Both the position numbers and the translations under genes were made by a program. Positions 50,049 through 60,666 of a DNA stretch of 64,000 nt are shown in pieces (position 1 is the first letter of the stretch; every line of letters starts with the position of its first letter). This DNA is from Deferribacterales bacterium (lineage in GTDB: Bacteria; Chrysiogenota; Deferribacteres; Deferribacterales; Geovibrionaceae): positions 369,587 through 433,586 of the forward strand of contig JBFWMA010000001.1 of assembly GCA_050251875.1 (NCBI GenBank), given 5' to 3'. Under the pieces are notes generated by a model that did not search any database, was not told the DNA's origin, and saw nothing but the letters and a program-made list of their open reading frames with translations.

Positions 50049-50913
50049 AGGTCACCTCGCTTCCTTTGATTATCATTTGTTTTCTTCTGTATGCCCAGCA
50101 GGTGTAGGATATCGCTACATAGAATGTGGCGGGGTGTCTGTGCTGTGCGCCTATGTTGACGCCGAGGCAGGTTGTTTTTCCGCCGAATCCCATGGGACCG
50201 ATGCCGAGTTTGTTCAGGTCTTCATACAGTTCTTTTTCCAGAGCCGCCAGATCAGGGTTGCTGCTGGGTTCGCCCAGTTTGCGGAAGAACTGCTCTTTGG
50301 AAAGGGCATATGATGTCACTCTGTCGCCGCCGATGCCCACGCCGATGGTTCCGGGAGCGCATCCCTGACCCTGAGCCTTGACAACTGCGTCTATAACAAC
50401 TTTTTTAACGCCTTTCAGGTCACGTCCCGCATGCAGGGGAGTGTCGGGAAGTTTGTACTGAGCGCCCACGTTTTCAGAACCGCCGCCTTTCAGCATCAGA
50501 CGGACTCTGACTTCGTCCTTTTCCCACTGGTGAAAGTGGATGTAGGGAGCGTTTACGCCCACGTTGTTGCCGGAGTTTTTACCTGTGATAGGATCAACGG
50601 CGTTGGGACGCAGATACTGAAGTTTTGTAGCTTCCATAGCTGCGGCTTCTGCCGCTTCTTTATAAGGTTTTTCTGCAGCGCCGACCGGAAGGTCGATGTA
50701 CATAATAACTGAGCCAGTGTCCTGACAGATGGGTGTGGACGCTTCACGGGCCAGACCGATGTTTTCGATGATAGTGCCGAAAACGTTCTTAGCCGCTGTG
50801 CCTTCGTCCTCTCTGTCGTATGCTTGTTTGATAGCCGCTTCCACATCGGGAGAAAGGTCAGTGGATGCTCTGCGGATAAGCTCAAGCATTGCGTTTTTGA
50901 GTTCCATAGCCAC
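50041..50913 (-). CDS. Class I fumarate hydratase (Fe-S hydro-lyase) alpha subunit
   Basis: [33 protein letters not shown]. Confidence 0.9.
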   Translation of the reverse strand: MAMELKNAMLELIRRASTDLSPDVEAAIKQAYDREDEGTAAKNVFGTIIENIGLAREASTPICQDTGSVIMYIDLPVGAAEKPYKEAAEAAAMEATKLQYLRPNAVDPITGKNSGNNVGVNAPYIHFHQWEKDEVRVRLMLKGGGSENVGAQYKLPDTPLHAGRDLKGVKKVVIDAVVKAQGQGCAPGTIGVGIGGDRVTSYALSKEQFFRKLGEPSSNPDLAALEKELYEDLNKLGIGPMGFGGKTTCLGVNIGAQHRHPATFYVAISYTCWAYRRKQMIIKGSEVTYD

Positions 50914-51099
50914 CTCGCAAAAATTTATTGGATACGATCTTATTTTTATAAAACCGCTACATTATTACTCAAAAAGGATGTAAAATACAAGGGTATAATT
51001 GAACATAGTTTTAAAATAAGATGTGATTGTATTTCACTGGCATTTAAGGACATAAAGGGTATAATTATAGCTATAAACACACACACGAGGGAGAAGGAA

Positions 51100-52488
51100 A
51101 TGGACTACAGAATAGAAAAAGACACGATGGGAGAGATAAAGGTATCTAACGATGTCTACTGGGGAGCGCAGACCCAGAGAAGTCTGGAGAATTTTAAAAT
51201 AGGCTGGGAGAAAATGCCCGTGAACCTTATCAAGGCGTTCGCCGTGCTGAAGCGTTCTCTGGCGGTGGTGAACAACCGTCTGGGCAAAATGGACGAACAG
51301 AAGGCGGAAGCCATCATCAAGGCATGTGACGAGATCATAGACGGGAAAATGTCCGATCAGTTTCCCCTTGCCGTGTGGCAGACAGGAAGCGGAACCCAGA
51401 GCAACATGAACATGAACGAGGTGATAGCCTCCCGTGCCACAGAGATTCTGGGCGGCAATTTCAGAGAAGAGAGACTCATTCACCCCAACGACCATGTGAA
51501 CATGTCCCAGAGCTCTAACGACACCTTTCCCACCGCCATGCACATAGCGGCGGTGACAGTGGTTGAAGACGATCTTCTGCCCGCCATATCAGTTCTGCAC
51601 GACACACTCATGAGCAAATCCGATGAGTTTTCAAATATTGTAAAAATAGGGCGTACGCACCTTCAGGACGCCACACCGCTGACGCTGGGTCAGGAATTCT
51701 CCGGATATGTCGCCATGCTGGAGACCAACACCAGACAGATTACCGAGGCTCTGGATCATGTCAGAGAGCTCGCCATCGGCGGAACAGCCGTGGGAACAGG
51801 GCTGAACGCCCACCCGAAACTGTCTCCTATGGCGGCTGAGGAGATATCTAAATTTACAGGAAAAAAATTCAAATCAGCCAATAATAAATTTCAGGCGCTG
51901 ACATCTCATGACGCTCTGGTGGGCGTCAGCGGAGCTGTGAAGGCTCTGGCTGCGAACCTGATGAAGATTGCAAACGATATCCGCTGGCTGGCTTCCGGTC
52001 CCAGATGCGGTATAGGTGAGCTGGAGATTCCGGAGAATGAGCCGGGCAGTTCCATCATGCCGGGCAAGGTGAACCCCACCCAGTCAGAAGCCGTTACTAT
52101 GGTGGCGTGTCAGGTTTTCGGCAATGACGCAGCGATAGGCTTTGCCGCCAGTCAGGGTAATTTTGAGCTGAATGTGTTCAAGCCTGTGATAATATATAAT
52201 TTTCTTCAGTCCGTACAGCTTCTGTCAGACGCCATGCTGTCATTCAACGAGCATTGCGCCGTAGGCATCAAAGCCAACAGAGACAAAATAGAGCACAACC
52301 TGAAAAACTCTCTGATGCTGGTGACAGCGCTTAACCCGCATATAGGATATGACAAAGCGGCAAAAATAGCCAAAACAGCCCACGCAGATAAGTCCACTCT
52401 GAAAGAGGCGGCGCTGAAGCTGGGGTATCTGACAGAGGAACAGTTTGACGAGTATGTTATCCCCGAAAACATGACAGGACCCAAATAA
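51100..52488 (+). CDS. fumC: Class II fumarate hydratase
   Basis: YRIEKDTMG start, [26 protein letters not shown]. Confidence 0.97.
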   Translation: MDYRIEKDTMGEIKVSNDVYWGAQTQRSLENFKIGWEKMPVNLIKAFAVLKRSLAVVNNRLGKMDEQKAEAIIKACDEIIDGKMSDQFPLAVWQTGSGTQSNMNMNEVIASRATEILGGNFREERLIHPNDHVNMSQSSNDTFPTAMHIAAVTVVEDDLLPAISVLHDTLMSKSDEFSNIVKIGRTHLQDATPLTLGQEFSGYVAMLETNTRQITEALDHVRELAIGGTAVGTGLNAHPKLSPMAAEEISKFTGKKFKSANNKFQALTSHDALVGVSGAVKALAANLMKIANDIRWLASGPRCGIGELEIPENEPGSSIMPGKVNPTQSEAVTMVACQVFGNDAAIGFAASQGNFELNVFKPVIIYNFLQSVQLLSDAMLSFNEHCAVGIKANRDKIEHNLKNSLMLVTALNPHIGYDKAAKIAKTAHADKSTLKEAALKLGYLTEEQFDEYVIPENMTGPK

Positions 52489-52491
52489 ATA

Positions 52492-52705
52492 ATCAAAAAA
52501 TCACGTCCGTGTAATTTTTTGATAAGACTTGTCCGGAGTAATCCGGACAAGGTCTCACGCAAGCGAACCCCCATTCATGGGGGTTTTCCGTGGAAGCCTT
52601 CGTCTTTCTGCGTTAGCTTGTAAAAAATCTTTATCATGTACGATTTCAGTACACTCAAAAGATTTTTTACACTCCGCCTGGAACTGCTCGTTTCTGAACA
52701 GGATT
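52492..52705. repeat. Hairpin-rich cassette including an ERIC/IRU-like palindromic element (about 52586-52705)
   Basis: Four consecutive stems; 14-bp TGTAAAAAATCTTT/AAAGATTTTTTACA stem flanked by TGCGTTAGCT and CCGCCT. Confidence 0.6.
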
Positions 52706-52731
52706 CGAATATTCCTTTCTCTACGTCATTC

Positions 52732-52788
52732 TAGCTAGCTTGGAGCAGAAACGCCCGCCGATAGTAGGGCGGGGTTTTATATGCCGCC
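52732..52788 (+). repeat. Partial copy of the 48-bp REP-like unit plus a REP
   Basis: TAGCTAGCTTGGAGCAGAAACGCCCGCCGATA-GTAGGGCGGGGTTTTAT. Confidence 0.88.
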
Positions 52789-52906
52789 TTTTTATTATCA
52801 TGTAATTTTTACCAATGTAAAAAACACTGTTCTCAGCAAATTTGTGTTTTTTGTGTGTATAATATGATTGCCGTGCAAACGGCAATTATTTACACCGAGG
52901 TGTGCA

Positions 52907-53719
52907 ATGTTTAAAAAAACGTTCCTGATAATGTGTCTGTTGCTGGTATCAATGGTCTCTTTCGCCTTTGAAGAGTACCCGCTGTTTAATACGCTGGAAA
53001 ACTACAGCCTTAATGAAAAACTCAGCAAATCTTTTGATTATGGTGATAACGCGTTTGTAGTCGGCAAGTCTAAGAAACAGACTGTCGAAGGCAGATATTA
53101 CAAAATGGTTTATTCCTTAGACAAACAGGCTACCCCGATGGGCAAACTGTATATCATCAGAAACTATACTAACGCTATCCAGAACGCCGGAGGAACAATA
53201 GTTTATGTTCCTTCCTCAAATGAACTGGTTACCGGTAAAATACTGAAAAACGGTAAAGAAATATGGGTGGGCGTACATTCAAGTAATGTAAAAGGAACTC
53301 AGTACTCTGTTACTATTGTTGAAAAAGCCGGAATGAACCAGGAGATAGAGGCCAACGGTCTGCTTGATTCCATCAACAAAACAGGCAGAGTTACACTTTA
53401 TCTCAATTTCGAGACAGGCAGTTTCTTCATTCAGCAGGATTCTTATCAGACTCTGTATGATATAGCTGAAATGATGAGACAGAGCCCCGGTCTGAGAGTG
53501 GCTATAGAAGGTCACACAGACAACACAGGTTCTCCTGACGGCAACCAGAGGCTGTCTGAGGTGAGGGCTAAGATGATAAAATATTCTCTGGAGATAATGG
53601 GCATCGACCCCTCCAGAATGAAATCCGCCGGATACGGCAGAACAAGACCCGTGGCTGACAACGGCACAGAAGAGGGCAGAGCGAAGAACAGGCGTGTGGA
53701 GCTTGTTAAGATAAACTGA
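52907..53719 (+). CDS. Exported OmpA/MotB-domain protein
   Basis: Signal peptide from ATG 52907; IEGHTDNTG...LSEVRA...NRRVEL. Confidence 0.88.
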   Translation: MFKKTFLIMCLLLVSMVSFAFEEYPLFNTLENYSLNEKLSKSFDYGDNAFVVGKSKKQTVEGRYYKMVYSLDKQATPMGKLYIIRNYTNAIQNAGGTIVYVPSSNELVTGKILKNGKEIWVGVHSSNVKGTQYSVTIVEKAGMNQEIEANGLLDSINKTGRVTLYLNFETGSFFIQQDSYQTLYDIAEMMRQSPGLRVAIEGHTDNTGSPDGNQRLSEVRAKMIKYSLEIMGIDPSRMKSAGYGRTRPVADNGTEEGRAKNRRVELVKIN

Positions 53720-53725
53720 TAAAAT

Positions 53726-53749
53726 GGCGGGGTTTACCCCGCCTTTTTT
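53726..53749 (+). terminator. Intrinsic terminator with a REP-like core
   Basis: GGCGGGG-TTTA-CCCCGCC-T6. Confidence 0.8.
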
Positions 53750-53785
53750 ATTGACTTAATCTTGCTGTCGGCATAAATAAATTTT

Positions 53786-54430
53786 ATGAAAATCATAGAC
53801 TTAACACACACCATAGAAGAGGGTATGCCCGTTTATCCGGGTACAGAGCCGCCCCTGCTCAAACAGGCAAACACCATAAAAGAGCACGGCTTCGCCGAAA
53901 AGCTCATCACAATGTTTTCCCACACGGGAACGCACATGGACGCTCCCTGTCATATTCTGGAAGGCAGAAAGAGTCTTTCGGACATAGACGTGAACGATCT
54001 GTACGGAAAGGCTTGCCTGATAGATGTTTCCGGGGTGACAGGCAAAATAACCGCCGACCTGCTGAAAGGATATTCGGAAAAGCTGAAAAACTCAGAAATA
54101 GCGGTTTTCTACAGCGGCTGGGACAGATACTGGGGAGAGGACAGATACTATAATGACTTTCCCGTGATGGATATTCCGGCGGCTGAATATCTGGTGAGCA
54201 CCGGGATAAAGGGGCTGGCTGTGGATGTGATATCCGTGGACAGCGTGGACTGCGTGAATCTGGATGTGCACAGAGTTCTCTTTAAATCAGAAATATTTGT
54301 AGCTGAAAACCTGAAAGGTCTGGAAAGGCTTCTGGGGCTGGATTTTTATCTGGGTGTTTTTCCGCTGAATATACCTAAAGGGGACGGGTCTCCTGTCCGG
54401 GCTCTGGCTTTTCTTCCTGAACGTGGATGA
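53786..54430 (+). CDS. Cyclase-family metal hydrolase (kynurenine formamidase-like)
   Basis: IDLTH, HTGTHMDAPCH, ENL, GDGSPVRA. Confidence 0.88.
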   Translation: MKIIDLTHTIEEGMPVYPGTEPPLLKQANTIKEHGFAEKLITMFSHTGTHMDAPCHILEGRKSLSDIDVNDLYGKACLIDVSGVTGKITADLLKGYSEKLKNSEIAVFYSGWDRYWGEDRYYNDFPVMDIPAAEYLVSTGIKGLAVDVISVDSVDCVNLDVHRVLFKSEIFVAENLKGLERLLGLDFYLGVFPLNIPKGDGSPVRALAFLPERG

Positions 54431-56450
54431 CCGGGAGCGTGATTATAAATCTCGCCCCTCCGTTGACGTTCTCCGCTTTTATTGTTCCCATCATTTTGTC
54501 TATTATAGACTTAGCCAGATAGAGTCCCATTCCTGTTCCGTCATCTTTTCCGGATACATACGGCTCAAAAATCTTCGGCAGGAGTTTTTCGTCTATTCCT
54601 CCTGCGTTGTCGGCTATTGATATCACAAAGAGCCCGTCAGCGCTGGACATATTGATGTATATGTTTTTTGATTCAGAATCTTTGTGTGTCAGCGCCTCTT
54701 TGGCGTTCTGAAGAATGTTCAGCACAGCGTGTTTGAACTCGTTCGGGATACCGTTTATCAGGTTTTTGCAGGGCGGGTTTCCGGGATCGAAATTATTCAC
54801 GCATGAGAATGACCGCATGGCGCAGGTACACTCCAGATTATATGTGATTTTGTGGGCTTTCAGCTGAGGAGTTATCATCCGCAGGATGTGAAGCACTGTT
54901 CTGGGAGCGTCAAAGGACTCTGTTTTCTTGTTGGTTTTAAAGAAATCTCTGAAATCCTCAATAGTGCCGGACATATGTTCCACCAGCTCCATCGAGTCTT
55001 TTATATATTTTCTGATGGCTTCTTTTTCGGGCGGGTCGGTGTCGCAGGAATCCTCCATAAGCTGAAGGCATAGATAGAGCGTGTTCAGTGGCTGGCGCCA
55101 CTGGTGGGATATGGAGCCTACCATTTCGCCCAGAGCGGCGAATCTGGACTGCTGGGATGTGATCTGCTGCTGCATGGATTTTTCGTTTTCAGCCGTCACC
55201 ACGGATGTTATGTCGCTGATGAACCCTGTGTAGAACAACAGCTTTCCTGATTCGTCATAATATGGATAGTATTGGCTGAGAACCCAGCGGGTTTCGCCTG
55301 TTTCAGCGTTTATCACTCTGTGCTTGATGTTGTTTTTCGGCTCTACCTGTCCGCCTTTGCTCAGAACCAGACCGGCTTTGTCCTCCTCAGGTATGCACTC
55401 CATGTAAGATCTCGGGTCTCTGTAGAGCGACTCGACAGATTTTCCGTATATCTTCTCATATGCGCTGTTCACATAGAGAAGTTTTGTCAGCTCCGGATTG
55501 GTGAACCATATTATATCGTTGATAGTGTCCGCCATAGCGGTGAATTTGATCTCTGCCTCGTTCAGAGCGGAGCGGGTGCTTTCCAGCTTGTCGTTGGTTA
55601 TCTGGAGAAGGTTGTTCGCCTGCTTCAGAGAAAAATATCTCCACACAGCCAGAGCCGCCGCCACAGCAACGGCTATCCCGAGCAGAATCTTAAACAGAGA
55701 ATCGGATGTGTGTCCGTTTCTCATCGTCAGGTGCCACCTGTCGTATATTTTCTGATATTCGTCAGTCCCCACAAAATCGCTTAGGGCATTGTTCAGCTTT
55801 TCATACAGAGCCGGATTGTTCACGCTGACGGCGACTGATCTTTTTATATCCGCCAGGGGGGGCTCGATTACCTTGATGTCTTTGTCCATCTTCATGGTTT
55901 TCATCATGCTTCTCAGCACATCATAGGAGAAGAGAACGGCATCGCACTGTCCGGACATTAACATATAGAGGAGCCCGGCAGGGTCGTCAGATGTGATTAT
56001 AGTCATGTCTTTGCGGTCTTTTACTAATGACATGCCCACGCTGTAGGGGGTTGTCGCCAGAACCTCGCCTTTCAGATCGTCCAGATTTCTGACTCTGGAA
56101 GATTTGCGGACGAAGAGCGACAGGGTGGATGTGTCTATAGGCACGGTATATTTTACGAATCCCAGTCTGTCATCAGATATTCCAATGTTGGGGATTAAGT
56201 CGGCGTCTCCGGTTTTTACCATCCTTATGGCGGTTGTCCAGTCCGGAACAGGTTTGAATGTTATTCTGATATCAGTATTTTCCGTGGCTTTTTTCAGAAC
56301 GTCAATCCCCAGTCCGGCTGTTTCGCCGTTGCCTGTTTTAAAGAAATAAGGGGGAAAGTGTTCGGGATAAACAGCCAGCGCGTCCATTCCGAAGGATGAA
56401 AGAGGGATTCCGAGCAGTAGTATAATTATAAATAAGTATCTATTTGACAT
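54375..56450 (-). CDS. Sensor histidine kinase (periplasmic PBP, TM, PAS, HisKA, HATPase)
   Basis: FPPYFF PBP start, LLYVN PAS, SHQWRQPL H-box, DNAGGI, GTGMGL. Confidence 0.92.
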   Translation of the reverse strand: MSNRYLFIIILLLGIPLSSFGMDALAVYPEHFPPYFFKTGNGETAGLGIDVLKKATENTDIRITFKPVPDWTTAIRMVKTGDADLIPNIGISDDRLGFVKYTVPIDTSTLSLFVRKSSRVRNLDDLKGEVLATTPYSVGMSLVKDRKDMTIITSDDPAGLLYMLMSGQCDAVLFSYDVLRSMMKTMKMDKDIKVIEPPLADIKRSVAVSVNNPALYEKLNNALSDFVGTDEYQKIYDRWHLTMRNGHTSDSLFKILLGIAVAVAAALAVWRYFSLKQANNLLQITNDKLESTRSALNEAEIKFTAMADTINDIIWFTNPELTKLLYVNSAYEKIYGKSVESLYRDPRSYMECIPEEDKAGLVLSKGGQVEPKNNIKHRVINAETGETRWVLSQYYPYYDESGKLLFYTGFISDITSVVTAENEKSMQQQITSQQSRFAALGEMVGSISHQWRQPLNTLYLCLQLMEDSCDTDPPEKEAIRKYIKDSMELVEHMSGTIEDFRDFFKTNKKTESFDAPRTVLHILRMITPQLKAHKITYNLECTCAMRSFSCVNNFDPGNPPCKNLINGIPNEFKHAVLNILQNAKEALTHKDSESKNIYINMSSADGLFVISIADNAGGIDEKLLPKIFEPYVSGKDDGTGMGLYLAKSIIDKMMGTIKAENVNGGARFIITLPVIHVQEEKPEPGQETRPL

Positions 56451-56585
56451 TGTCTTACCTTATATTGAATTATCACACACGAATATCAGTTTGTGAAGTC
56501 AATCTGCCGGTTTTTTAATAATTATGTGATAATTATATTTCAATTTTTAATCTTAAGAATCCTTAGAAAAATGTTCTAAAATATT

Positions 56586-56624
56586 TTGACAAACCATAGC
56601 GCAATATTGTATACAGAATACAAT
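56586..56624 (+). promoter_or_regulatory. acnB promoter with an overlapping palindromic operator
   Basis: TTGACA at 56586; ATTGTAT-ACAGA-ATACAAT at 56606-56624. Confidence 0.6.
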
Positions 56625-56678
56625 CTGGAAAAATCAAAAAGGTCGTATTGCGTCCTTTTATTACAGGAGTAGATTGAT

Positions 56679-59225
56679 ATGATGCAGGATTACCTGAAAC
56701 AAGTTGAAGACAGGGCGAAGATGGGCATCCCCGCTCTCCCTCTCACAGCAGAATTTACTGCTGAAGTTTGCGCGCTTCTTGAGAAGTCAGCCACAAAAGA
56801 GCTGGTTGACCTTATCGAAAACAGAGTGGCTCCCGGTGTTGACCCCGCTTCCGAGGTTAAGGCAGCATGGCTTGCCAAAGTAGCGAAAGGCGAGACAAAA
56901 TGCTCACTCATAGACAAAAAGAGAGCTGTATTCCTTCTGGGAACGATGCTTGGCGGATACAACGTTAAGCCTCTGGTTGACCTGCTCGCTGACAAAGAGC
57001 TGGGCAAAGACGCCGCTGACGCTCTGAAAAAGACTATCCTCGTATACGGCGCTTTTGACGAGATCGTTGCTCTGTCCAAATCAAACGAGAACGCTATGGC
57101 TGTTCTTAAATCATGGGCGGATGCTGAGTGGTTCACCAGCAAACCCGAACTGAGAAAAGAGTACAAAGTTAAAATATACAAAGTCGCCGGCGAAACAAAC
57201 ACTGACGACTTCTCTCCCGCTAAACACGCATGGAGCCGTCCTGATATCCCCCTTCACGCTCTGGCTATGGGCGAGACAGGTTTCCCTGACGGAAACGAGG
57301 TTATGGAAAAATTCAAAGCTGAAGGCTTTGAAGTCGCTTTCGTGGGTGACGTTGTCGGTACAGGTTCATCACGTAAATCTGCCTGCAACTCCGTAATGTG
57401 GAGAATCGGTTCAGAGATTCCCTTCGTTCCCAACAAGAAAAACGGCGGTACCATCATCGGTAACGTTATCGCTCCTATCTTCTTCAACACAACACAGGAC
57501 TCCGGCGGTCTGCCCATCATGTGTAACGTTGACGCCCTTAACACAGGCGATGTTGTTGTTATCAACACAGAAAAAGGCGAAATCAAAGATGAGTCCGGAA
57601 AAGTTCTTTCTACATTCGAACTGAAACCCGGCACTATAAAAGATGAATACAGAGCAGGCGGACGTCTGAACCTGATCATCGGACGCACACTGACAAACAA
57701 CGCCAGAAAAGCTATGGGACTCGGTGAATCAGAAGTATTCACAAAAGCTGACAACCCCGTTGCTAAACCCGGTCAGGGATACACTCTGGCTCAGAAAATC
57801 ATCGGTAAAGCATGCGGCGTAGCCGGCGTTCTTCCCGGAACAGCCTGTGAGCCCAAAATGACAACAGTAGGTTCACAGGATACAACAGGACCCATGACAA
57901 GAGACGAGATCAAAGAACTCGCCTGTCTTGAGTTCCTTTCACCTATGTTCATGCAGTCATTCTGCCACACAGCCGCTTATCCTAAAAAAGCTGACGTGGA
58001 TATGCACAAATCACTGCCCGCTTTCGTATCAGCCAGAAAAGGCGTTGCCCTTCGCCCCGGCGATGGTGTTATCCACTCATGGCTGAACAGACTGCTTCTT
58101 CCCGACACACTGGGAACAGGCGGCGACTCACACACACGTTTCCCCATGGGACTTTCACTTCCCGCCGGTTCCGGTCTGGTTGCTTTCGCCGGAGCTCTGG
58201 GATTCATGCCTCTGGACGTTCCCGAGTCTGTTCTTGTTAAATTCAAAGGCAAGTTCAACCCCGGAATCACTCTGAGAGACGCTGTGAACGCTATCCCCTA
58301 CTGGGCGATCAAACAAGGACTTCTTACTGTTCCTAAAAAGAACAAAGTAAACGTATTCAACGGACGCATACTCGAGATGGAAGGTCTTCCCGATCTGACA
58401 GTTGAGCAGGCTTTCGAACTTACAGATGCTACTGCTGAGCGTTCTGCTGCCGGCGGTACTATCAAACTTTCTGAAGAAGCTGTAGCTAACTACCTTAAAT
58501 CAAACATTGCTCTTATGGAGAAAATGATTGCCGCAGGTTATCAGGATGCCAACACTCTGAAGAAACGTATCGAAGACGCCAAAGCATGGCTGGCTAAACC
58601 CGTTCTTCTGGAAAGAGACGCTAACGCCGAGTACGCCGCTGTTATCGAGATCGATCTTGCCGATATCAAAGAGCCCATCCTCGCATGCCCCAACGACCCT
58701 GATGATGTCAAACTTCTTTCAGACGTTGCCGGAACAAAAGTGGATGAGACTTTCATCGGTTCCTGTATGACAAACATTGGTCACTTCAGAGCGGCCGGTA
58801 AAATATGGGAAGGCGCTCCCTATCCCAAAACACGCATGTGGCTGACACCCCCCACTCGTATGGACGAGATGCAGCTGATGGAAGAAGGATACTACAGCAT
58901 CTATTCCGCTGTAGGCGCCAGAACAGAAGTTCCCGGATGCTCACTCTGCATGGGTAACCAGGGACGTGTTGCTCCCGGAGCGACAGTTCTGTCTACATCC
59001 ACAAGAAACTTCCCCAACAGAATCGGCGATAACTCTAACGTTTTCCTCGGTTCAGCTGAGCTGACAGCTATCACCGCTATACTTGGCGAACTGCCCACAA
59101 AAGAGCAGTACTTCGAGTATATGACTACAAAAGTTGCTCCTAAAGCGGCTGAGATATACAAATATCTTGAGTTCGATAAAATGGGCGACTTCGAGCTGTC
59201 ATACATCGAAACAGTAGCATTCTAA
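56679..59225 (+). CDS. acnB: Aconitate hydratase B
   Basis: [51 protein letters not shown]. Confidence 0.98.
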   Translation: MMQDYLKQVEDRAKMGIPALPLTAEFTAEVCALLEKSATKELVDLIENRVAPGVDPASEVKAAWLAKVAKGETKCSLIDKKRAVFLLGTMLGGYNVKPLVDLLADKELGKDAADALKKTILVYGAFDEIVALSKSNENAMAVLKSWADAEWFTSKPELRKEYKVKIYKVAGETNTDDFSPAKHAWSRPDIPLHALAMGETGFPDGNEVMEKFKAEGFEVAFVGDVVGTGSSRKSACNSVMWRIGSEIPFVPNKKNGGTIIGNVIAPIFFNTTQDSGGLPIMCNVDALNTGDVVVINTEKGEIKDESGKVLSTFELKPGTIKDEYRAGGRLNLIIGRTLTNNARKAMGLGESEVFTKADNPVAKPGQGYTLAQKIIGKACGVAGVLPGTACEPKMTTVGSQDTTGPMTRDEIKELACLEFLSPMFMQSFCHTAAYPKKADVDMHKSLPAFVSARKGVALRPGDGVIHSWLNRLLLPDTLGTGGDSHTRFPMGLSLPAGSGLVAFAGALGFMPLDVPESVLVKFKGKFNPGITLRDAVNAIPYWAIKQGLLTVPKKNKVNVFNGRILEMEGLPDLTVEQAFELTDATAERSAAGGTIKLSEEAVANYLKSNIALMEKMIAAGYQDANTLKKRIEDAKAWLAKPVLLERDANAEYAAVIEIDLADIKEPILACPNDPDDVKLLSDVAGTKVDETFIGSCMTNIGHFRAAGKIWEGAPYPKTRMWLTPPTRMDEMQLMEEGYYSIYSAVGARTEVPGCSLCMGNQGRVAPGATVLSTSTRNFPNRIGDNSNVFLGSAELTAITAILGELPTKEQYFEYMTTKVAPKAAEIYKYLEFDKMGDFELSYIETVAF

Positions 59226-59246
59226 GGTTCTTTCGACCTTGAATAT

Positions 59247-59278
59247 AAAAGCCCGCTTAAAAAAGCGGGCTTTTTTTA
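59247..59278 (+). terminator. Intrinsic terminator after acnB
   Basis: GCCCGCTT/AAGCGGGC plus T-run; nearly identical to 49417. Confidence 0.85.
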
Positions 59279-59298
59279 TGTCCATGAAGTCAGTTTGC

Positions 59299-59440
59299 GT
59301 CATTACGAGCTTTCGTAAGAAAGCGTAGTAATCCCGGCGGGGTATAAAACCCCGCCCTACTATCGGCGGGTGTTTCTGTTCCCAGCTTGCTGGCAAAACC
59401 CCGCCCTACATTTGGCGGGCGTTTCTGTATCAAGCCAGTT
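59299..59440 (-). repeat. Composite repeat: GTCATT-type hairpin plus a minus-strand GTAG-REP array
   Basis: GTCATTACGAGCTTTCGTAAGAAAGCGTAGTAATC, REP at 59336-59360, 49-bp long-loop unit at 59361-59409, partial third unit. Confidence 0.85.
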
Positions 59441-59457
59441 TGTGATTGTAGAAAAAT

Positions 59458-60666
59458 TTACGCTATCTTATTAAGGTTGTCGATGTACTTGTAGACGTCT
59501 TTGGGGACGGTGACGTTTTCGGGGTTGATGAGACCGATGATCTTCTGGCGGTCGATGGCGCTCTTGGAGAGATCCACCACTTTCAGAGGAGTTCTCTCGC
59601 CGTTTTTGTTCATGAAAACTATCACGATGGGGTCGGTGGGTTTGTTATTGTTTGTTTTGCCGACTATGGCAAATTCCTGCGTGCTCATCATCACGAGCGA
59701 GCCAACGGGGTAAATGCCCACGTTCTTTATGAAAAATTCAAAAACACTCTTGTTTATGTGCGAGTCTGTCCAGCTGAACATCAGCTTGAGGGCGGATGTA
59801 GCCGCCATGCCTTTGTTATATACTCTGTCGCTGGTGATGGCGTCATAAATATCCACAACTGCGCCTATCTTTCCGTCTATGCTGATTTGTTCGTCTGAGA
59901 GCCCGTTGGGATATCCGGAACCGTCATGTCTTTCGTGGTGTTCCAGCACCAGTTTCAGCATATCGGGCTGCATCCCCTGTTTCAGCAGATAGTCATATCC
60001 TCTCTGAACGTGCTGTTTCATTATGATGAACTCGCTGTCTGTCAGCTTGCCGGGTTTATTCAGAATCTCCTGCGGTATAAGCATTTTTCCGATGTCGTGC
60101 ACAAGTCCTGCGTTCGCCACACGTTCTATCTCGTTCTCTTTCATGCCCAGGTGCGCTGCCAGACTGGCGGCAAATACGCTGACATTCATAGAGTGGTGAA
60201 ATGTATAGTCATCATGTTTCTGGAGCTTTGTAACGCTCGCCAGAACGCCTCTGTTTCTTACGGTTACTTTGGCTATGCTGTCGGATATGCTTCTGATGGC
60301 GGAGCTGTTGAATGATCTTCCGGAGCGGATGTCTGACAGAACACTGCCAACCATAGTTACCGATTCGGTGTATACGTCTGTGGCGTGGTTGAATTCTTTC
60401 AGGTTCAGCTGGTGCTTCGGCGCTTCCTGCGCCAGCACGTTGATTAGCTCGTCCGATCTGCCTTCATATAGATCGGTTATCTTCTTCTCTTCCTCACGTC
60501 TGGGTTCTATAAATACGAATTCTATTCCGTTGGCGGCGAGCCGGTCTATGGTTGCCTGATCTTTGATGACAAATCTATGCGACAGGAAATCGGTGCCGAG
60601 CCAGCTTCGGTCGAACTTCAGAACATGATCGCCTATCCTTAGGCCGGAAACGGGAACCTTATCCAT
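59458..60666 (-). CDS. HD-GYP c-di-GMP phosphodiesterase with a DUF3391-like N-terminus
   Basis: YTFHHS, HDIGK, HHERHDGSGYP, DIYDAITSDRVY. Confidence 0.92.
   Translation of the reverse strand: MDKVPVSGLRIGDHVLKFDRSWLGTDFLSHRFVIKDQATIDRLAANGIEFVFIEPRREEEKKITDLYEGRSDELINVLAQEAPKHQLNLKEFNHATDVYTESVTMVGSVLSDIRSGRSFNSSAIRSISDSIAKVTVRNRGVLASVTKLQKHDDYTFHHSMNVSVFAASLAAHLGMKENEIERVANAGLVHDIGKMLIPQEILNKPGKLTDSEFIIMKQHVQRGYDYLLKQGMQPDMLKLVLEHHERHDGSGYPNGLSDEQISIDGKIGAVVDIYDAITSDRVYNKGMAATSALKLMFSWTDSHINKSVFEFFIKNVGIYPVGSLVMMSTQEFAIVGKTNNNKPTDPIVIVFMNKNGERTPLKVVDLSKSAIDRQKIIGLINPENVTVPKDVYKYIDNLNKIA

Noticed and set aside
50824..51099. 92-aa N-terminal extension of FumC
   Set aside because: It overlaps the divergent gene and promoter; FumC homology and an RBS begin at ATG 51100.
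52867..52886. Riboswitch in the ompA-like leader
   Set aside because: A single ATTGCCGT-GCAA-ACGGCAAT hairpin only; more likely a 5' stabiliser or operator.
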